A stretch of DNA of 64,000 nucleotides from an uncultured Gemmatimonadales bacterium (GTDB lineage: Bacteria > Gemmatimonadota > Gemmatimonadetes > Gemmatimonadales > Gemmatimonadaceae): contig CAWBZV010000003.1 of NCBI GenBank assembly GCA_963793305.1, positions 1,376,001 through 1,440,000 of the forward strand, given 5' to 3'. The notes under the pieces were generated by a model. The model made no database searches and had not been told where the DNA came from. It saw only the letters and a program-made list of their open reading frames with translations. This document shows, piece after piece, positions 28,015 to 38,884 of the stretch; position 1 is the stretch's first letter; each line of letters opens with the position of its first letter. The translations under genes and the position numbers were made by a program.

Positions 28015-28664
28015 TGCTTCGTAGTATCCGCCGGCTGGGTGGCACCGCTTTGTTGCTGGAGTAGCTGCACGAGCTCAGCCTGATGCGCCTGCAGGACCGC
28101 GAGGCTGATCGCCTGACTTTTGGCCGCGAGCGTCGCCTGCTGAGACGCGACCTTCTGTCCTATCGGCGATTTGTAAAACGTAATCAGCTCTTTGAGCTCG
28201 GACTCCGTGAACGCTTGCGTGTACACCGCGGTGAGCTGCGGCCCGATGGCGTCCCATGTGACGTACTTATTCGCGAACTGCTGCATCGCGCTGCGATAGG
28301 GTACCATGGCCGGATTGTTCTGGATCTGCACGTCGATCGAGGCCGAGATCGCGTCCCGCAGTGTCTTATCGGCGTGCATCACCTGCATCAACTCGGCCGC
28401 GGCTTTGGTCTGTCCGGGCGTCGGTGTTGGCGCCGGTGTCGCAGCGGGCGCCTGCGCGCTGGCGCTCGAGGCCACGGCGAGGGAGAGGCCGAGGACGAGC
28501 GCGAAATACCGCTGGACGGCGCGGTGCGCCAGATACATGCCGACACCAGTGCCGACGCACGAGAGGATGAACGCGGTCATAAACCCCACGAGGTTGCCAG
28601 CGTACCAGCCGACAGCACCGCCGACGGTCATGCCGGCGAATGATGCGAGTTTTCCCATGTCCAT
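28011..28664 (-). CDS. DUF2059-domain protein with N-terminal Gly-rich membrane hairpin
   Basis: YTQAFTESELKELITFYKSPIGQK is DUF2059-like; preceded by two Gly-rich TM helices and a second signal peptide. Confidence 0.7.
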   Translation of the reverse strand: MDMGKLASFAGMTVGGAVGWYAGNLVGFMTAFILSCVGTGVGMYLAHRAVQRYFALVLGLSLAVASSASAQAPAATPAPTPTPGQTKAAAELMQVMHADKTLRDAISASIDVQIQNNPAMVPYRSAMQQFANKYVTWDAIGPQLTAVYTQAFTESELKELITFYKSPIGQKVASQQATLAAKSQAISLAVLQAHQAELVQLLQQQSGATQPADTTKH

Positions 28665-28689
28665 TGGACGATCCACCCTCAAAAGGGTG

Positions 28690-30267
28690 TTAGCCGTGGT
28701 GCGCCGGGGCAGGAGGGGCGCCGCCCGCCATCACGAACAGCTCCGCTTGCGTCCGCGAACGGCGCAAGAGATCCAGTGAGCGGGCCAGTTGCACGTCATC
28801 CCCGGTGCGACGACGGAACGCGACCGAATCGGGGAATGCGAGCTCCGCGATCCGGTCCGCGAGCAGGCGGTCCACGAAGGAGCGTGCAGCGTCGAACTGG
28901 GCGCGCGTGACGGGCACGTTTGCGTCCTGGAACCGATGGAAGAGGCTATCGCGCCACGCTGGCTGGACGGTGAAGTCTGGCTTGACGGTTCGGCCAAGCT
29001 CGCGGGCCAGGCTGTACGTGGCGAGGTAGACGCCCTGGGAAGCCGGCGTGATCGCCTGTACGAACGCCCGCTCCGTGTCATCGAGCGTATCGGGCAGCAC
29101 GACGAGGTCGGGCGTGATGGCGCCGCCGCCGAACACCGTGCGGCCGGCGTCAGAGTGAAACACCGGCTTCGGTTTCCCAGCGGAGTCAGGCTGGATCTCA
29201 ACCAACTCACCATCCGGCAGCAGCTTCCGGGGTTTCTGGATCGACCGGCCGTCCGGCGTATACCAACGGCCGGTCGTGAGCTTGAGCGAGTACCCGCCAT
29301 CGAGCGCGAACAAGCTCTGGACCAGGCCCTTGCCGAACGACGTCGTGCCGACGACGAGCGCCCGGTCGTGATCCTGCAGCGCGCCGACGACGATTTCCGT
29401 CGCGGACGCCGAGCCGCCATCGATGAGCACCGCGATGGGTACGGTGGTCGTCAACGGGTGGCGTACGGCGCGATACGTCTCCTGCGGGCCGGCTCGCTCG
29501 CGTACGCTGGCCAGCTCGGTCCCCTCGGCGAGGAAGCAGTTGGCGACGAGCAGCGCTTGATCCACGGCGCCGCCGCCGTTGCCGCGGACATCGAGGACGA
29601 TGCCCTTCGCGCCAGCGGTCAGGAGGTGCGACAGTGCGGCGTTGACTTCCTGCGCCGCGGACTCGCTGAAGACCTGCAATGGCACGTACCCGATCTGGCC
29701 GTCCAGCATGGCCGAGAAGGGCACTGATGGCACGTGAACGCTCTCGCGGACGTACCGGGCGCGAATCGGCTGGGCCTCTCCGAGTCTCGTGACGGCCACG
29801 TCGACCGGCGTGCCGGGACGCCCAAGGAGGGCCTGTGAGACCTTGTCCAGCGGCCATCCGCGCACGCCCGCGCTGTCGACCGAGATGATCTCGTCGCCGG
29901 GCCGAAGTCCTCCCGACGCGGCAGGCGAGTGCGGGAACACGCGCACGATCGTCGGGCGCCCGCTGTGGTCTTCGATCTGGAGACCCAGGCCGCCATACGC
30001 GCCGCCGAGCGACTCGCGGTTGAACGATGCCAGCTCGTCGCGCGAGTAGAGCTCGGCGTACGGATCGCCCAGCGAGTGCACGAGTCCGCGCGCGGCCTTC
30101 TCATACAGCGCGTCCGTCGACAGCGAATCGACGCTGCGCTCACGAACGAGAGAGAAGACCTCTTGAAACAGATCCGCCCGGTGCGTGACCGGTCGGGCGG
30201 CAATGACACCGGCGACGACGAGTGGAGCGGCCGCCAGGAGAACGAGCGTGGGACGCGTGCGACGCAT
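28690..30267 (-). CDS. Carboxyl-terminal processing protease (S41, PDZ)
   Basis: LGDPY, GLG PDZ loop, LDVRGNGGG, SASATEI, SFGKGLVQ. Confidence 0.9.
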   Translation of the reverse strand: MRRTRPTLVLLAAAPLVVAGVIAARPVTHRADLFQEVFSLVRERSVDSLSTDALYEKAARGLVHSLGDPYAELYSRDELASFNRESLGGAYGGLGLQIEDHSGRPTIVRVFPHSPAASGGLRPGDEIISVDSAGVRGWPLDKVSQALLGRPGTPVDVAVTRLGEAQPIRARYVRESVHVPSVPFSAMLDGQIGYVPLQVFSESAAQEVNAALSHLLTAGAKGIVLDVRGNGGGAVDQALLVANCFLAEGTELASVRERAGPQETYRAVRHPLTTTVPIAVLIDGGSASATEIVVGALQDHDRALVVGTTSFGKGLVQSLFALDGGYSLKLTTGRWYTPDGRSIQKPRKLLPDGELVEIQPDSAGKPKPVFHSDAGRTVFGGGAITPDLVVLPDTLDDTERAFVQAITPASQGVYLATYSLARELGRTVKPDFTVQPAWRDSLFHRFQDANVPVTRAQFDAARSFVDRLLADRIAELAFPDSVAFRRRTGDDVQLARSLDLLRRSRTQAELFVMAGGAPPAPAHHG

Positions 30268-30272
30268 ACAGC

Positions 30273-30710
30273 CTACGATACCTCAAGCGACAGGGTCTGC
30301 GCCAGCGCTTCGGCCAGTGTCTCCCATGGCAGGAGCGCGCATGCCACGCGAGCGGGGGTACGCCGAATAATCCCAAACGCGACAAGGGACCCGAGATCCG
30401 AATCATCCGGCTCGCCCGGCTTACTGGTGACGAACCGCCGAAATCTCGCGATGAATGCTGTTATTTCGGTGACAGAGCGGCCGCGGACGACATCCGTCAT
30501 CATCGACGCCGAGGCGCGCGCAATGGCGCACGCATCGCACTCGAATCGGATGTCTCGGATCAGATCGCCCTCCATAGCGACATCGACGTGCATCGTCTCG
30601 CCGCACAGGGGATTGGCCTTCGTGGCGCTCGCATCGGGCTCGGCTAGCGCCCCGCGTCCATGCGGCCGCCGATAATGATCGAGTATTGCTTCGTGATACA
30701 GGTCAGACAT
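30273..30710 (-). CDS. sufU: SufU-like Fe-S assembly protein, second divergent copy
   Basis: LYHEAILDH, NPLCGE, ACAIARASAS, RVACALLPW. Confidence 0.8.
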   Translation of the reverse strand: MSDLYHEAILDHYRRPHGRGALAEPDASATKANPLCGETMHVDVAMEGDLIRDIRFECDACAIARASASMMTDVVRGRSVTEITAFIARFRRFVTSKPGEPDDSDLGSLVAFGIIRRTPARVACALLPWETLAEALAQTLSLEVS

Positions 30711-31890
30711 TGGCAAAGAGGGACTGCGCCCGTTTGACGCCGGTGACCAGCGCCTGGACGTCGCTCTCATCGTTATACACGTAGAACGACGCCCGAGCCG
30801 TCGCGCCCACCCCGAGCCGCCTAATCAGTGGCTGCGCACAGTGATGGCCCGCACGGATCGCGACGCCATCCTGATCGAGAATGGTCGCCAGATCGTGGGG
30901 ATGAATATCCGCCACGGTGAAACTGACCACACCACTGCGCTCAGCCGGTGGCGGTCCAAACACCCGCACCCCTTCGATAGCCGTCAGTCGCTTGCTGGCC
31001 GCCGCGGTCAACTCCTGTTCATGGCGCCGCACGTTGTCCATGCCGATGGCGTCGAGATACTCGACCGCGGCCGCCAAGCCGACGGCGCCGCCGAGATTTG
31101 GCGTGCCGGCCTCGAATTTGTGCGGCAAAATGTTCCAGGTCGTGTGGTCGTCGCCCACGTACTCGATCATGTCGCCGCCGGTCTGATACGGCGGCATGGG
31201 CTCCAGTCGTTCCCGCCGCCCAACGAGCCCGCCGATGCCGGTAGGCCCGAGCATCTTGTGCCCGCTGAAAGCATAGAAATCGACGCCGAGCCGATCGAAC
31301 TCCACGCGCATGTGTGGAGCACTCTGTGCGCCGTCAACAACTATGATCGCACCCTTTGCGATCCCCACGACCTCGGCGAGCGGCGTAATCGAGCCGATGG
31401 CGTTCGAGACGTGAGTGACCGCCAGAATCTTGGTGCGAGGCGTGATGAGACTGCGGAGGTGATCGAGATCCAGCCGCCCATCCTCGGTGATCTCGGCGAT
31501 CTTGAACGTCGCACCGGTCTTGAGCGCGAGTTGCTGCCACGGGACGAAATTGGCGTGATGCTCGAGCCGCGTGACGACGATCTCGTCGCCACGATGTATA
31601 TCCGCGGTCGCGGCAACCAGATTGAGCGACTCGGTCGTTCCGCGCGTGAAGATGAGACAGGCGGAGTCCGACACGCCCAGAAACCGCGCCACGCGCTCGC
31701 GGGCCGCATGGTACCGGTCCGTAGCCGCGACCGACAGCGCATACGCTCCGCGGTGCGGATTCGCGTACGCGGTCTCGTAGACGTCGCGAACCGCATCGAG
31801 CACGGCGCGCGGCTTCTGCGAGGTCGCCGCCGAGTCGAGATAGTGCAGCCATGGCTCGCGCGCCAGGAGCGGGAAATCGCTCTTGTTCAT
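30703..31890 (-). CDS. sufS: Cysteine desulfurase SufS
   Basis: YLDSAATSQKP, FSGHKMLGPTG, FEAGTPN, RAGHHCAQP. Confidence 0.93.
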   Translation of the reverse strand: MNKSDFPLLAREPWLHYLDSAATSQKPRAVLDAVRDVYETAYANPHRGAYALSVAATDRYHAARERVARFLGVSDSACLIFTRGTTESLNLVAATADIHRGDEIVVTRLEHHANFVPWQQLALKTGATFKIAEITEDGRLDLDHLRSLITPRTKILAVTHVSNAIGSITPLAEVVGIAKGAIIVVDGAQSAPHMRVEFDRLGVDFYAFSGHKMLGPTGIGGLVGRRERLEPMPPYQTGGDMIEYVGDDHTTWNILPHKFEAGTPNLGGAVGLAAAVEYLDAIGMDNVRRHEQELTAAASKRLTAIEGVRVFGPPPAERSGVVSFTVADIHPHDLATILDQDGVAIRAGHHCAQPLIRRLGVGATARASFYVYNDESDVQALVTGVKRAQSLFANV

Positions 31891-32213
31891 GCCTTCGATC
31901 CCACCAGGACGGTGTCGTGTTCGACGCGGACGGCGTACCGCTCGATGTCGTCTACGGCCGGCCCCAGACACACCCGCCCCGTGCGCACATCGAACCGTGC
32001 TCCGTGCAGGGGGCACTCGATCGTGCCGTCGTCCATCACGGTTCCGGCCGAGATCGGGAACTCCTGGTGCGGGCAGCGGTCATGCAGCGCATGGATCACG
32101 CCGCCCAGATTCACGAGGCATACCGGCTCGCCGTCTGGCGCGTCGACGGCGATGAGCTCACCCTCGGGGATCTCGTCCGTCCGTGCCACCGCAACAAAAC
32201 CGTGATCGATCAC
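31887..32213 (-). CDS. Rieske-type [2Fe-2S] ferredoxin
   Basis: CPH...CPLHGARFD ligand motifs. Confidence 0.88.
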   Translation of the reverse strand: MIDHGFVAVARTDEIPEGELIAVDAPDGEPVCLVNLGGVIHALHDRCPHQEFPISAGTVMDDGTIECPLHGARFDVRTGRVCLGPAVDDIERYAVRVEHDTVLVGSKA

Positions 32214-32644
32214 GCGACTTGCTCCAGCGCCGCTCTCAGCGCGTGCCAGGCGAGCGTGGCGCATTTGACCCGTACGGGAAATTGCGCGACACCGCCGAAG
32301 GCAGCGAGCCGCCCCAGGCGCTCACCTTCTGATGCATCGCCGGTGACGAGCCGGTGAAACGAGTCGAAGATCGCGTCGGCTTCGGCGCGAGTCTTCCCCG
32401 CGACCGCGGTCGTCATGAGCGAAGCTGAGGCCTTGGAGATGGCGCACCCGGTGCCGGGCGGCGTAGCGAAGTGCACGTCCGCGATGCGATCGCCGTCCAT
32501 GCGTACCCACACGGTGACCGCATCGCCGCACATCGGATTGTTGCCGGTCGCCTGCGCATCCGCACCAGCCAGTTCGCCGAAGTTGCGTGGCGACTTGCTG
32601 TGATCGAGGATCACGCTCTGGTACAGCTCGCGGAGGTCCGGCAT
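32210..32644 (-). CDS. sufU: SufU Fe-S assembly protein
   Basis: LRELYQSVILDH, NPMCGD, GCAISKASAS, RVKCATLAWH. Confidence 0.9.
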   Translation of the reverse strand: MPDLRELYQSVILDHSKSPRNFGELAGADAQATGNNPMCGDAVTVWVRMDGDRIADVHFATPPGTGCAISKASASLMTTAVAGKTRAEADAIFDSFHRLVTGDASEGERLGRLAAFGGVAQFPVRVKCATLAWHALRAALEQVA

Positions 32645-32648
32645 GACC

Positions 32649-33937
32649 TTATGCCGCGGCGACCAGCTCGGCGCCGCCTCCGACAAACCGCTCCCGGGTG
32701 AGTGCCTCGAGCGCCTCTCGCACCTCGGGCTGATCGATCCGCTCCAGTACGTCAGCCGCGAACGCATACGTGAGTAGGTTGCGCGCCTGCTCCAGATCGA
32801 TGCCGCGACTTCTCAGATAGAAGAGCGCGACCTCATCCAGCCGCCCCACGGTCGCGCCGTGGGTGCACTTCACGTCGTCGGCGAAGATCTCGAGCTGCGG
32901 CTTGGTGTCGGCGCGTGCGGTCTCGGACAGCAGCACGTTGTTGTTCGTCTGCTTGCCGTCCGTCTTCTGCGCCTCGGGCTGCACGTAGACTTTGCCATTG
33001 AACACGCCATGGGACGCATCGTCCATGATGCCCTTGTACACCTCGCGGCTCGCGCAATGCGGCGCCGCGTGCTCGATGCGCGTCTGGTGGTCGATGTGCT
33101 GCGTGCCGTCGAGCATATAGAGCCCGTGCATCAGGGTCTCTCCGCCCTCTCCGCCGAGCACGGTATACAGGTTGACGCGCGCCAGCGCGCCGCCGGTGGC
33201 GAACGAGAACGAGTGGTACCGGGAATCGCGCCCTTGTCTCACCTCGGTCGTCCCGACGTGATACGCCCGGTCGCTCTCGCGCTCGATGCGATAGTGATCG
33301 ACCTTGGCGCCGTCGGCGACCTGTATCTCGGTCACCGCGTTGGTGAAGTACCTGGCGTCCCCAAGCGTGACGTAGCTCTCGATGACCGTCACCACCGCAT
33401 GGCGGTCGGCGACAATCAGCGTGCGTGGATGCGTCGCGCCTTTCGCGGCCTCGGAGTCGGTCACGTAGAGCAGATGAATCGGCGTTTCGACCACCGTGTC
33501 CGCCGGCACGTGCACGATCGCCCCGTCGACGGTGAACGCGGTGTTCAGTGCCGTGAACGCATCACGCGTTGGCGTGGCGATCTTCGTCAACCAGTTCTCG
33601 GCCGCTGGGTCGTTCCAATGCCCCGCGAGGTCGAGCACGCGCACCCGGGAGGGCAGTCCGGCGAGGGACGAGAGCGCGGCGGTATAGCGACCGTTCACGA
33701 AGACGAGACGCGGAGCGTCGAGTCCCAGTGTGAACGGCGCCAGGTCGTCGAACTGCACTTGGCCACTCGGATCCCGTAACGGCAGCCAATCGACTTCGGC
33801 AATCGCCGCCGGACTCGTAAAGTGCCAATCCTCGTTCTTCTTCGTCGGAAACCCCGTCGCGATGAAATGGTCCATCGCCGCCCGACGTGCTCCGGCGAGC
33901 CACGGGGGACCACCGTCGCGGAACTGCTCGGCGAAGC

Positions 33938-33941
<4 letters not shown>
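32649..33941 (-). CDS. sufD: Fe-S assembly protein SufD
   Basis: EDWHFT, VFNGKVYV, KPQLEIFADDVKCTHGATVG. Confidence 0.93.
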
Positions 33942-34678
<737 letters not shown>

Positions 34679-34680
34679 GA

Positions 34681-36117
34681 TTACCCTACGCTCCCTTCGA
34701 GTGTGATGCCAAGGAGCTGCTGCGCTTCGAGCGCGAACTCCATCGGCAGTTGCTGGAACACATCCTTGCAGAACCCGCTCACGATCATCGACACTGCGTC
34801 CTCGGCGGTGAGGCCGCGCTGCTTGCAGTAGAAGATCTGATCCTCGCCAATCTTCGAGGTCGATGCCTCGTGCTCCAGCGTCGCGGTACTGTTCTCGACT
34901 TCGATGTACGGAAACGTGTGCGCGCCGCACTGGTTCCCGACGAGCATCGAGTCGCACTGGGTGTAATTGCGGGCGTTGTCGGCCTTCTTCAGGATCTGCA
35001 CTTTGCCACGGTAACTATTGTTGCCGTGACCTGCCGAGATCCCCTTGGACACGATGGTGCTCTTCGTGTTCTTGCCCATGTGGATCATCTTCGTGCCCGT
35101 GTCAGCCTGCTGGTGATTGTTGACAACGGCCACGGAATAGAACTCACCCGTCGAGTTATCCCCTTGGAGAATGACGCTGGGGTACTTCCAGGTAATGGCG
35201 GATCCGGTCTCGACCTGTGTCCACGAAATCTTGGAATTCACGCCACGCGCGGCACCGCGCTTGGTGACGAAGTTGTAGATGCCACCCTTGCCCTCGGTGT
35301 CGCCGGCGTACCAGTTCTGCACGGTCGAGTATTTGACCGTCGCATTATCCAGCGCGACCAGCTCGACGACCGCGGCATGGAGCTGGTTCTCGTCGCGCCG
35401 TGGTGCCGTGCATCCCTCCAAGTAACTCACATACGCGCCTTCGTCCGCGATGATGAGTGTCCTCTCGAATTGCCCTGTCCCCGCCGCATTGATGCGGAAG
35501 TACGTGGACAATTCCATCGGGCAACGAACGCCGGGCGGTACATAGCAGAACGAGCCGTCGCTGAACACGGCCGAGTTGAGCGAAGCAAAGAAGTTGTCGG
35601 AGTACGGGACGACCGATCCCAAGTACTTCTCGATGAGCGCTGGATGCTCGCGAACGGCCTCGCCGAACGAGCAGAAGATGATGCCGAGCTCGCCCAATTC
35701 TTTGCGCATCGTCGTGCCGACCGAGACGCTGTCGAAAATGGCGTCGACGGCCACACCCGAGAGCCGCTTCTGCTCGGTGAGCGAGATGCCGAGCCGCTCG
35801 TACGTCCGGCGCAGCTCGGGATCGACTTCATCCAAGCTTCCCAGCGGCTTGACAGCCCGTGGGGCCGAGTAATAGCTGACGTTCTGGTAATCGATGGGCG
35901 GATAGGTGACATTGGCCCAATGCGGTTCGCGCATCGTGAGCCAGCGCTTGTAGGCTTTGAGACGCCAGTTCAGGAGGAATTCCGGCTCCTGTTTCTTCGC
36001 CGAAATCAGCCGGACGACGTCCTCGCTGAGCCCGCGTGGGATCGTGTCCTGTTCGATATCAGTTACGAATCCGTACTGGTATTCGCGGTTGACCAGAGTC
36101 TCGATCGACGAGCCCAT
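34681..36117 (-). CDS. sufB: Fe-S assembly protein SufB
   Basis: [39 protein letters not shown]. Confidence 0.95.
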   Translation of the reverse strand: MGSSIETLVNREYQYGFVTDIEQDTIPRGLSEDVVRLISAKKQEPEFLLNWRLKAYKRWLTMREPHWANVTYPPIDYQNVSYYSAPRAVKPLGSLDEVDPELRRTYERLGISLTEQKRLSGVAVDAIFDSVSVGTTMRKELGELGIIFCSFGEAVREHPALIEKYLGSVVPYSDNFFASLNSAVFSDGSFCYVPPGVRCPMELSTYFRINAAGTGQFERTLIIADEGAYVSYLEGCTAPRRDENQLHAAVVELVALDNATVKYSTVQNWYAGDTEGKGGIYNFVTKRGAARGVNSKISWTQVETGSAITWKYPSVILQGDNSTGEFYSVAVVNNHQQADTGTKMIHMGKNTKSTIVSKGISAGHGNNSYRGKVQILKKADNARNYTQCDSMLVGNQCGAHTFPYIEVENSTATLEHEASTSKIGEDQIFYCKQRGLTAEDAVSMIVSGFCKDVFQQLPMEFALEAQQLLGITLEGSVG

Positions 36118-36149
36118 GACTTCTCTTTTCTCCACAGTGACTTATATCG

Positions 36150-36179
36150 AATCCTAAGTAACTTTGTCGGCATTGTCAA
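36150..36179 (-). promoter_or_regulatory. Sigma-70 promoter of suf operon with overlapping Rrf2/IscR-like operator
   Basis: TTGACA (36179-36174), 17-nt spacer, TAGGAT (36156-36151); overlapping 25-nt AATGCCGACAAAGTTACTTAGGATT. Confidence 0.7.
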
Positions 36180-36266
36180 TTTAAGCAAACCGAGCCTATC
36201 TGATTGAAAATACTGCAGTTACGAAGCTATGTCGCAGTTAGGTGGCTTGCTCGTCGTATCTAGAGT

Positions 36267-37127
36267 ATGACCTACCTCGCTTTTGGAGCGACTATACGCC
36301 AGCTTGGCCCTGGCGTTCTGACCATCGGGAGCGCTCCCGAGGCGGGGTGGCGTGTGTTAGGGCACGGCCTGGAGCCCCGGCACGCGATCGTGTCCCAGGA
36401 GACCGGCTGGGGCGGCCGGGCCCTCATCGAGCGCGGCTCCCCGAGCGCCGTGATCGTCGTGAACGGCGCCGAGGTCAGCGGGGGCCGGGCCACGCTCGAG
36501 TTCGATGACATCGTACGGCTCGGCACGGCCGAGTTCACGTATCGCCGCACCGGGCTCGCCGCAAAGGGCGGACCCTACCTCAAGGACCGGCGCCGCAACC
36601 GGGTGTATCTCGTCACGGAACACACGACGATCGGCCGCGATCCGTCATCGACGATCGTCATGAAAAACGTTGACGTCTCGCGGACCCACGCCGAGATCGT
36701 GAAAGAGGGCGAGGTGTTCATCCTGCGCCCGCACGGGGTGTCCGTGGTCTCGGTCAACGGCGTCCGTGTGAGTCGCCAGGCGACGCTCCGCGAGGGCGAC
36801 GACATCTCGATCGCGGACTCGACGTTTCGGTTCACGACGGACATCGGGCCATCGACGGCGGTGTCCGTCGAACCTCGTCGCGACGTCGCCGCCGGCAACA
36901 TCCCGCGCGGGGCAAGCGCACAGACCATGTTCATGGGCGCCATCGAGGCGCGCGATTTTCAGGATCGCACGCTCAGGAAAAAGATTACGCGCGGGCTCGC
37001 CGTGACCCTGACGATCGTCGCCGTCGCGTTCTCGTTGTTTTGGCTCGCCTTCAGCGCCCGTCGGTCGAGCGCGGTGCTACGCCATCGACATGCGGCGGCC
37101 GCGACCGCTGCGGCTGCGACCCGCTAG
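36267..37127 (+). CDS. Tandem FHA-domain membrane protein
   Basis: Degenerate FHA (IGS...RHA) plus canonical FHA (IGRD...VSRTHA); C-terminal TM helix. Confidence 0.8.
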   Translation: MTYLAFGATIRQLGPGVLTIGSAPEAGWRVLGHGLEPRHAIVSQETGWGGRALIERGSPSAVIVVNGAEVSGGRATLEFDDIVRLGTAEFTYRRTGLAAKGGPYLKDRRRNRVYLVTEHTTIGRDPSSTIVMKNVDVSRTHAEIVKEGEVFILRPHGVSVVSVNGVRVSRQATLREGDDISIADSTFRFTTDIGPSTAVSVEPRRDVAAGNIPRGASAQTMFMGAIEARDFQDRTLRKKITRGLAVTLTIVAVAFSLFWLAFSARRSSAVLRHRHAAAATAAAATR

Positions 37128-37649
37128 CGACATTTCGTCAGCAGGATGACCGCGCAGGCGGCGGCAACTAACGCCGCGCTTCCCGCCATGGCGGCGAGCG
37201 CGAAGCGCCGCCGAGTTCCTGATGCCAGGAGCCGAGCCCTCTGTGGGCGGCTCGACCGACCGGACGACCATGGTTTGCTTGAGGGCCCCGCTATCCGCAG
37301 GCGCGTCGTTGCGTTGGACAATCGTGACACCCGCCGGCAGCGGCTCCAGCGTAAAGCGCAGCTCCATGGAGCCGATCCTGACAACGTCACCCTCGGCCAA
37401 CTTCTGCTCGGCCTTCACCCGCTCGCCATTGATGTTCGACCCAGCCGCGCCCATTGAGCGAAACAGGTACACCGGCTTGCGCCCCCGATCGTCCACGCGA
37501 ACTTCCGCGTGAAACCGGGAGACCGATGGGTCGTCCACGACGACATGGCTGACCGAGTCGCGTCCAATCGTCGTCGGCACAGAGCCGATCGGATACGCAT
37601 GACCAGTACGATCCGAGACGAGAAACGCCGCCGAATACGTATTATTCAC
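37124..37649 (-). CDS. FHA-domain membrane protein (frameshift near 37230)
   Basis: IGRDSVS...VSRFHA...INGE...EGDVVRIG; TM tail RRRFALAAMAG...LLTKCR* is in another frame and ends with a CTAG convergent overlap. Confidence 0.7.
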
Positions 37650-37654
37650 GACCA

Positions 37655-38788
37655 ATGGACGATCGGCTCCGCCATAAGGTAGCAACCGCGCTCGTCGCGA
37701 CGCTGACGGTGACCGCCGCGTGCAGGCATTCTGCCCGCCCGGCGAAGGCTGCCGTCGATTCCGTAGCCGTCGACTCGACGTTGAGCCACGCCGAGGACAC
37801 GACGTCGAGCGGCGATTCGAGCGCGGCGGGCCCGACGGATACGACGGCCGTCCGAAAGGAGGCGTCAGCGCCGCCACCACCGCCGTTATCGCCGCTGGCC
37901 GATTCGATCGCGCAGTACATGGTCTTCGTCCCGGCGACGCAGACCTGGTTCGTCGTCGCCTCCCGCGCCAAACGCGTGCTGCTCGACTTGGGCCGGGTCG
38001 ACGCCGACGTGAAAACGAAGCCGCACCGGCTCACGGCCTATCTGGAGGCGGTGCGGAAGCTTTCTCCGGTGCCCATCGGCACGCATTTCCGGTTGTTCAC
38101 GTCGTTCGGCGCCTCGAACGTCGCGGTCAAGGGATTCGATGTCTGGAATGGCCGGGTGGTCGCGACGCTCGCGGCCCCACATGAGATCGACTCGATCGGC
38201 CGCGCGGCACCCCTGTTCGTCGCGTCAGCCGAACGAATGGACTCGACGCGCGCGGATTCGCTGCGGCGCGCCGATTCGGCCGCGCGAGCCGACACGGTCA
38301 CGGGCGGTCATCCCGACTCGGCCAAGGCGCCGGCCGACACGTGCCGCCGCGGGAACGTGCCGGACTCGCTGCGTTCTCGCGTACTCGCGGTTCGCGATTC
38401 CCTGATCCTGTGGCTCGACTCGCTTCCGCCGCCGCCCTACCAGCGCCTCGTCAAGACCGAAAAGCCGCAATGGTCGACGATCGTCGGTTGTTTCGGCGGC
38501 GCCCGCCGGATCGCGCTCGCGGTCGATCTGCGGGCGGGCAACAATGAGTGGATCCGCGAGCGCGTCGTGCTGATCGACACGCTCGGCGCGGTCACCACGC
38601 TCCGGGTCAGCGACCTGCGATTCAAGGGCCACGACCTCCTGATGGCGCTCGACGCAGACGGCGACGGCCTCGACGATCTGGCGACCCGTGGGTTCGCCGA
38701 AGCGGCCGGCGGGATCACAATCTTGAAGCTCACCGACAAGGCCCGCCTCGTACGCCTAGCGGGCGGGTTCGCTTGGGAGTCGCGCTAG
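37655..38788 (+). CDS. Hypothetical lipoprotein
   Basis: Lipobox TAAC; C-terminal DADGDGLDD (FG-GAP/Ca-binding-like). Confidence 0.7.
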   Translation: MDDRLRHKVATALVATLTVTAACRHSARPAKAAVDSVAVDSTLSHAEDTTSSGDSSAAGPTDTTAVRKEASAPPPPPLSPLADSIAQYMVFVPATQTWFVVASRAKRVLLDLGRVDADVKTKPHRLTAYLEAVRKLSPVPIGTHFRLFTSFGASNVAVKGFDVWNGRVVATLAAPHEIDSIGRAAPLFVASAERMDSTRADSLRRADSAARADTVTGGHPDSAKAPADTCRRGNVPDSLRSRVLAVRDSLILWLDSLPPPPYQRLVKTEKPQWSTIVGCFGGARRIALAVDLRAGNNEWIRERVVLIDTLGAVTTLRVSDLRFKGHDLLMALDADGDGLDDLATRGFAEAAGGITILKLTDKARLVRLAGGFAWESR

Positions 38789-38802
38789 CTTAGTTTGGTG
38801 GT

Positions 38803-38881
38803 ACGACACGGGTGCCGGCGATCAGCGCCGGCTGAGATCACACCGTCGAACCTGATCCGGCTCATACCGGCGTAGGGAGTT
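38803..38881 (+). ncRNA. TPP riboswitch
   Basis: GGGTG...GCTGAGA...GAACCTGATCCGGCTCATACCGGCGTAGGGA directly upstream of thiC; boundaries approximate. Confidence 0.92.
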
Positions 38882-38884
38882 CTC

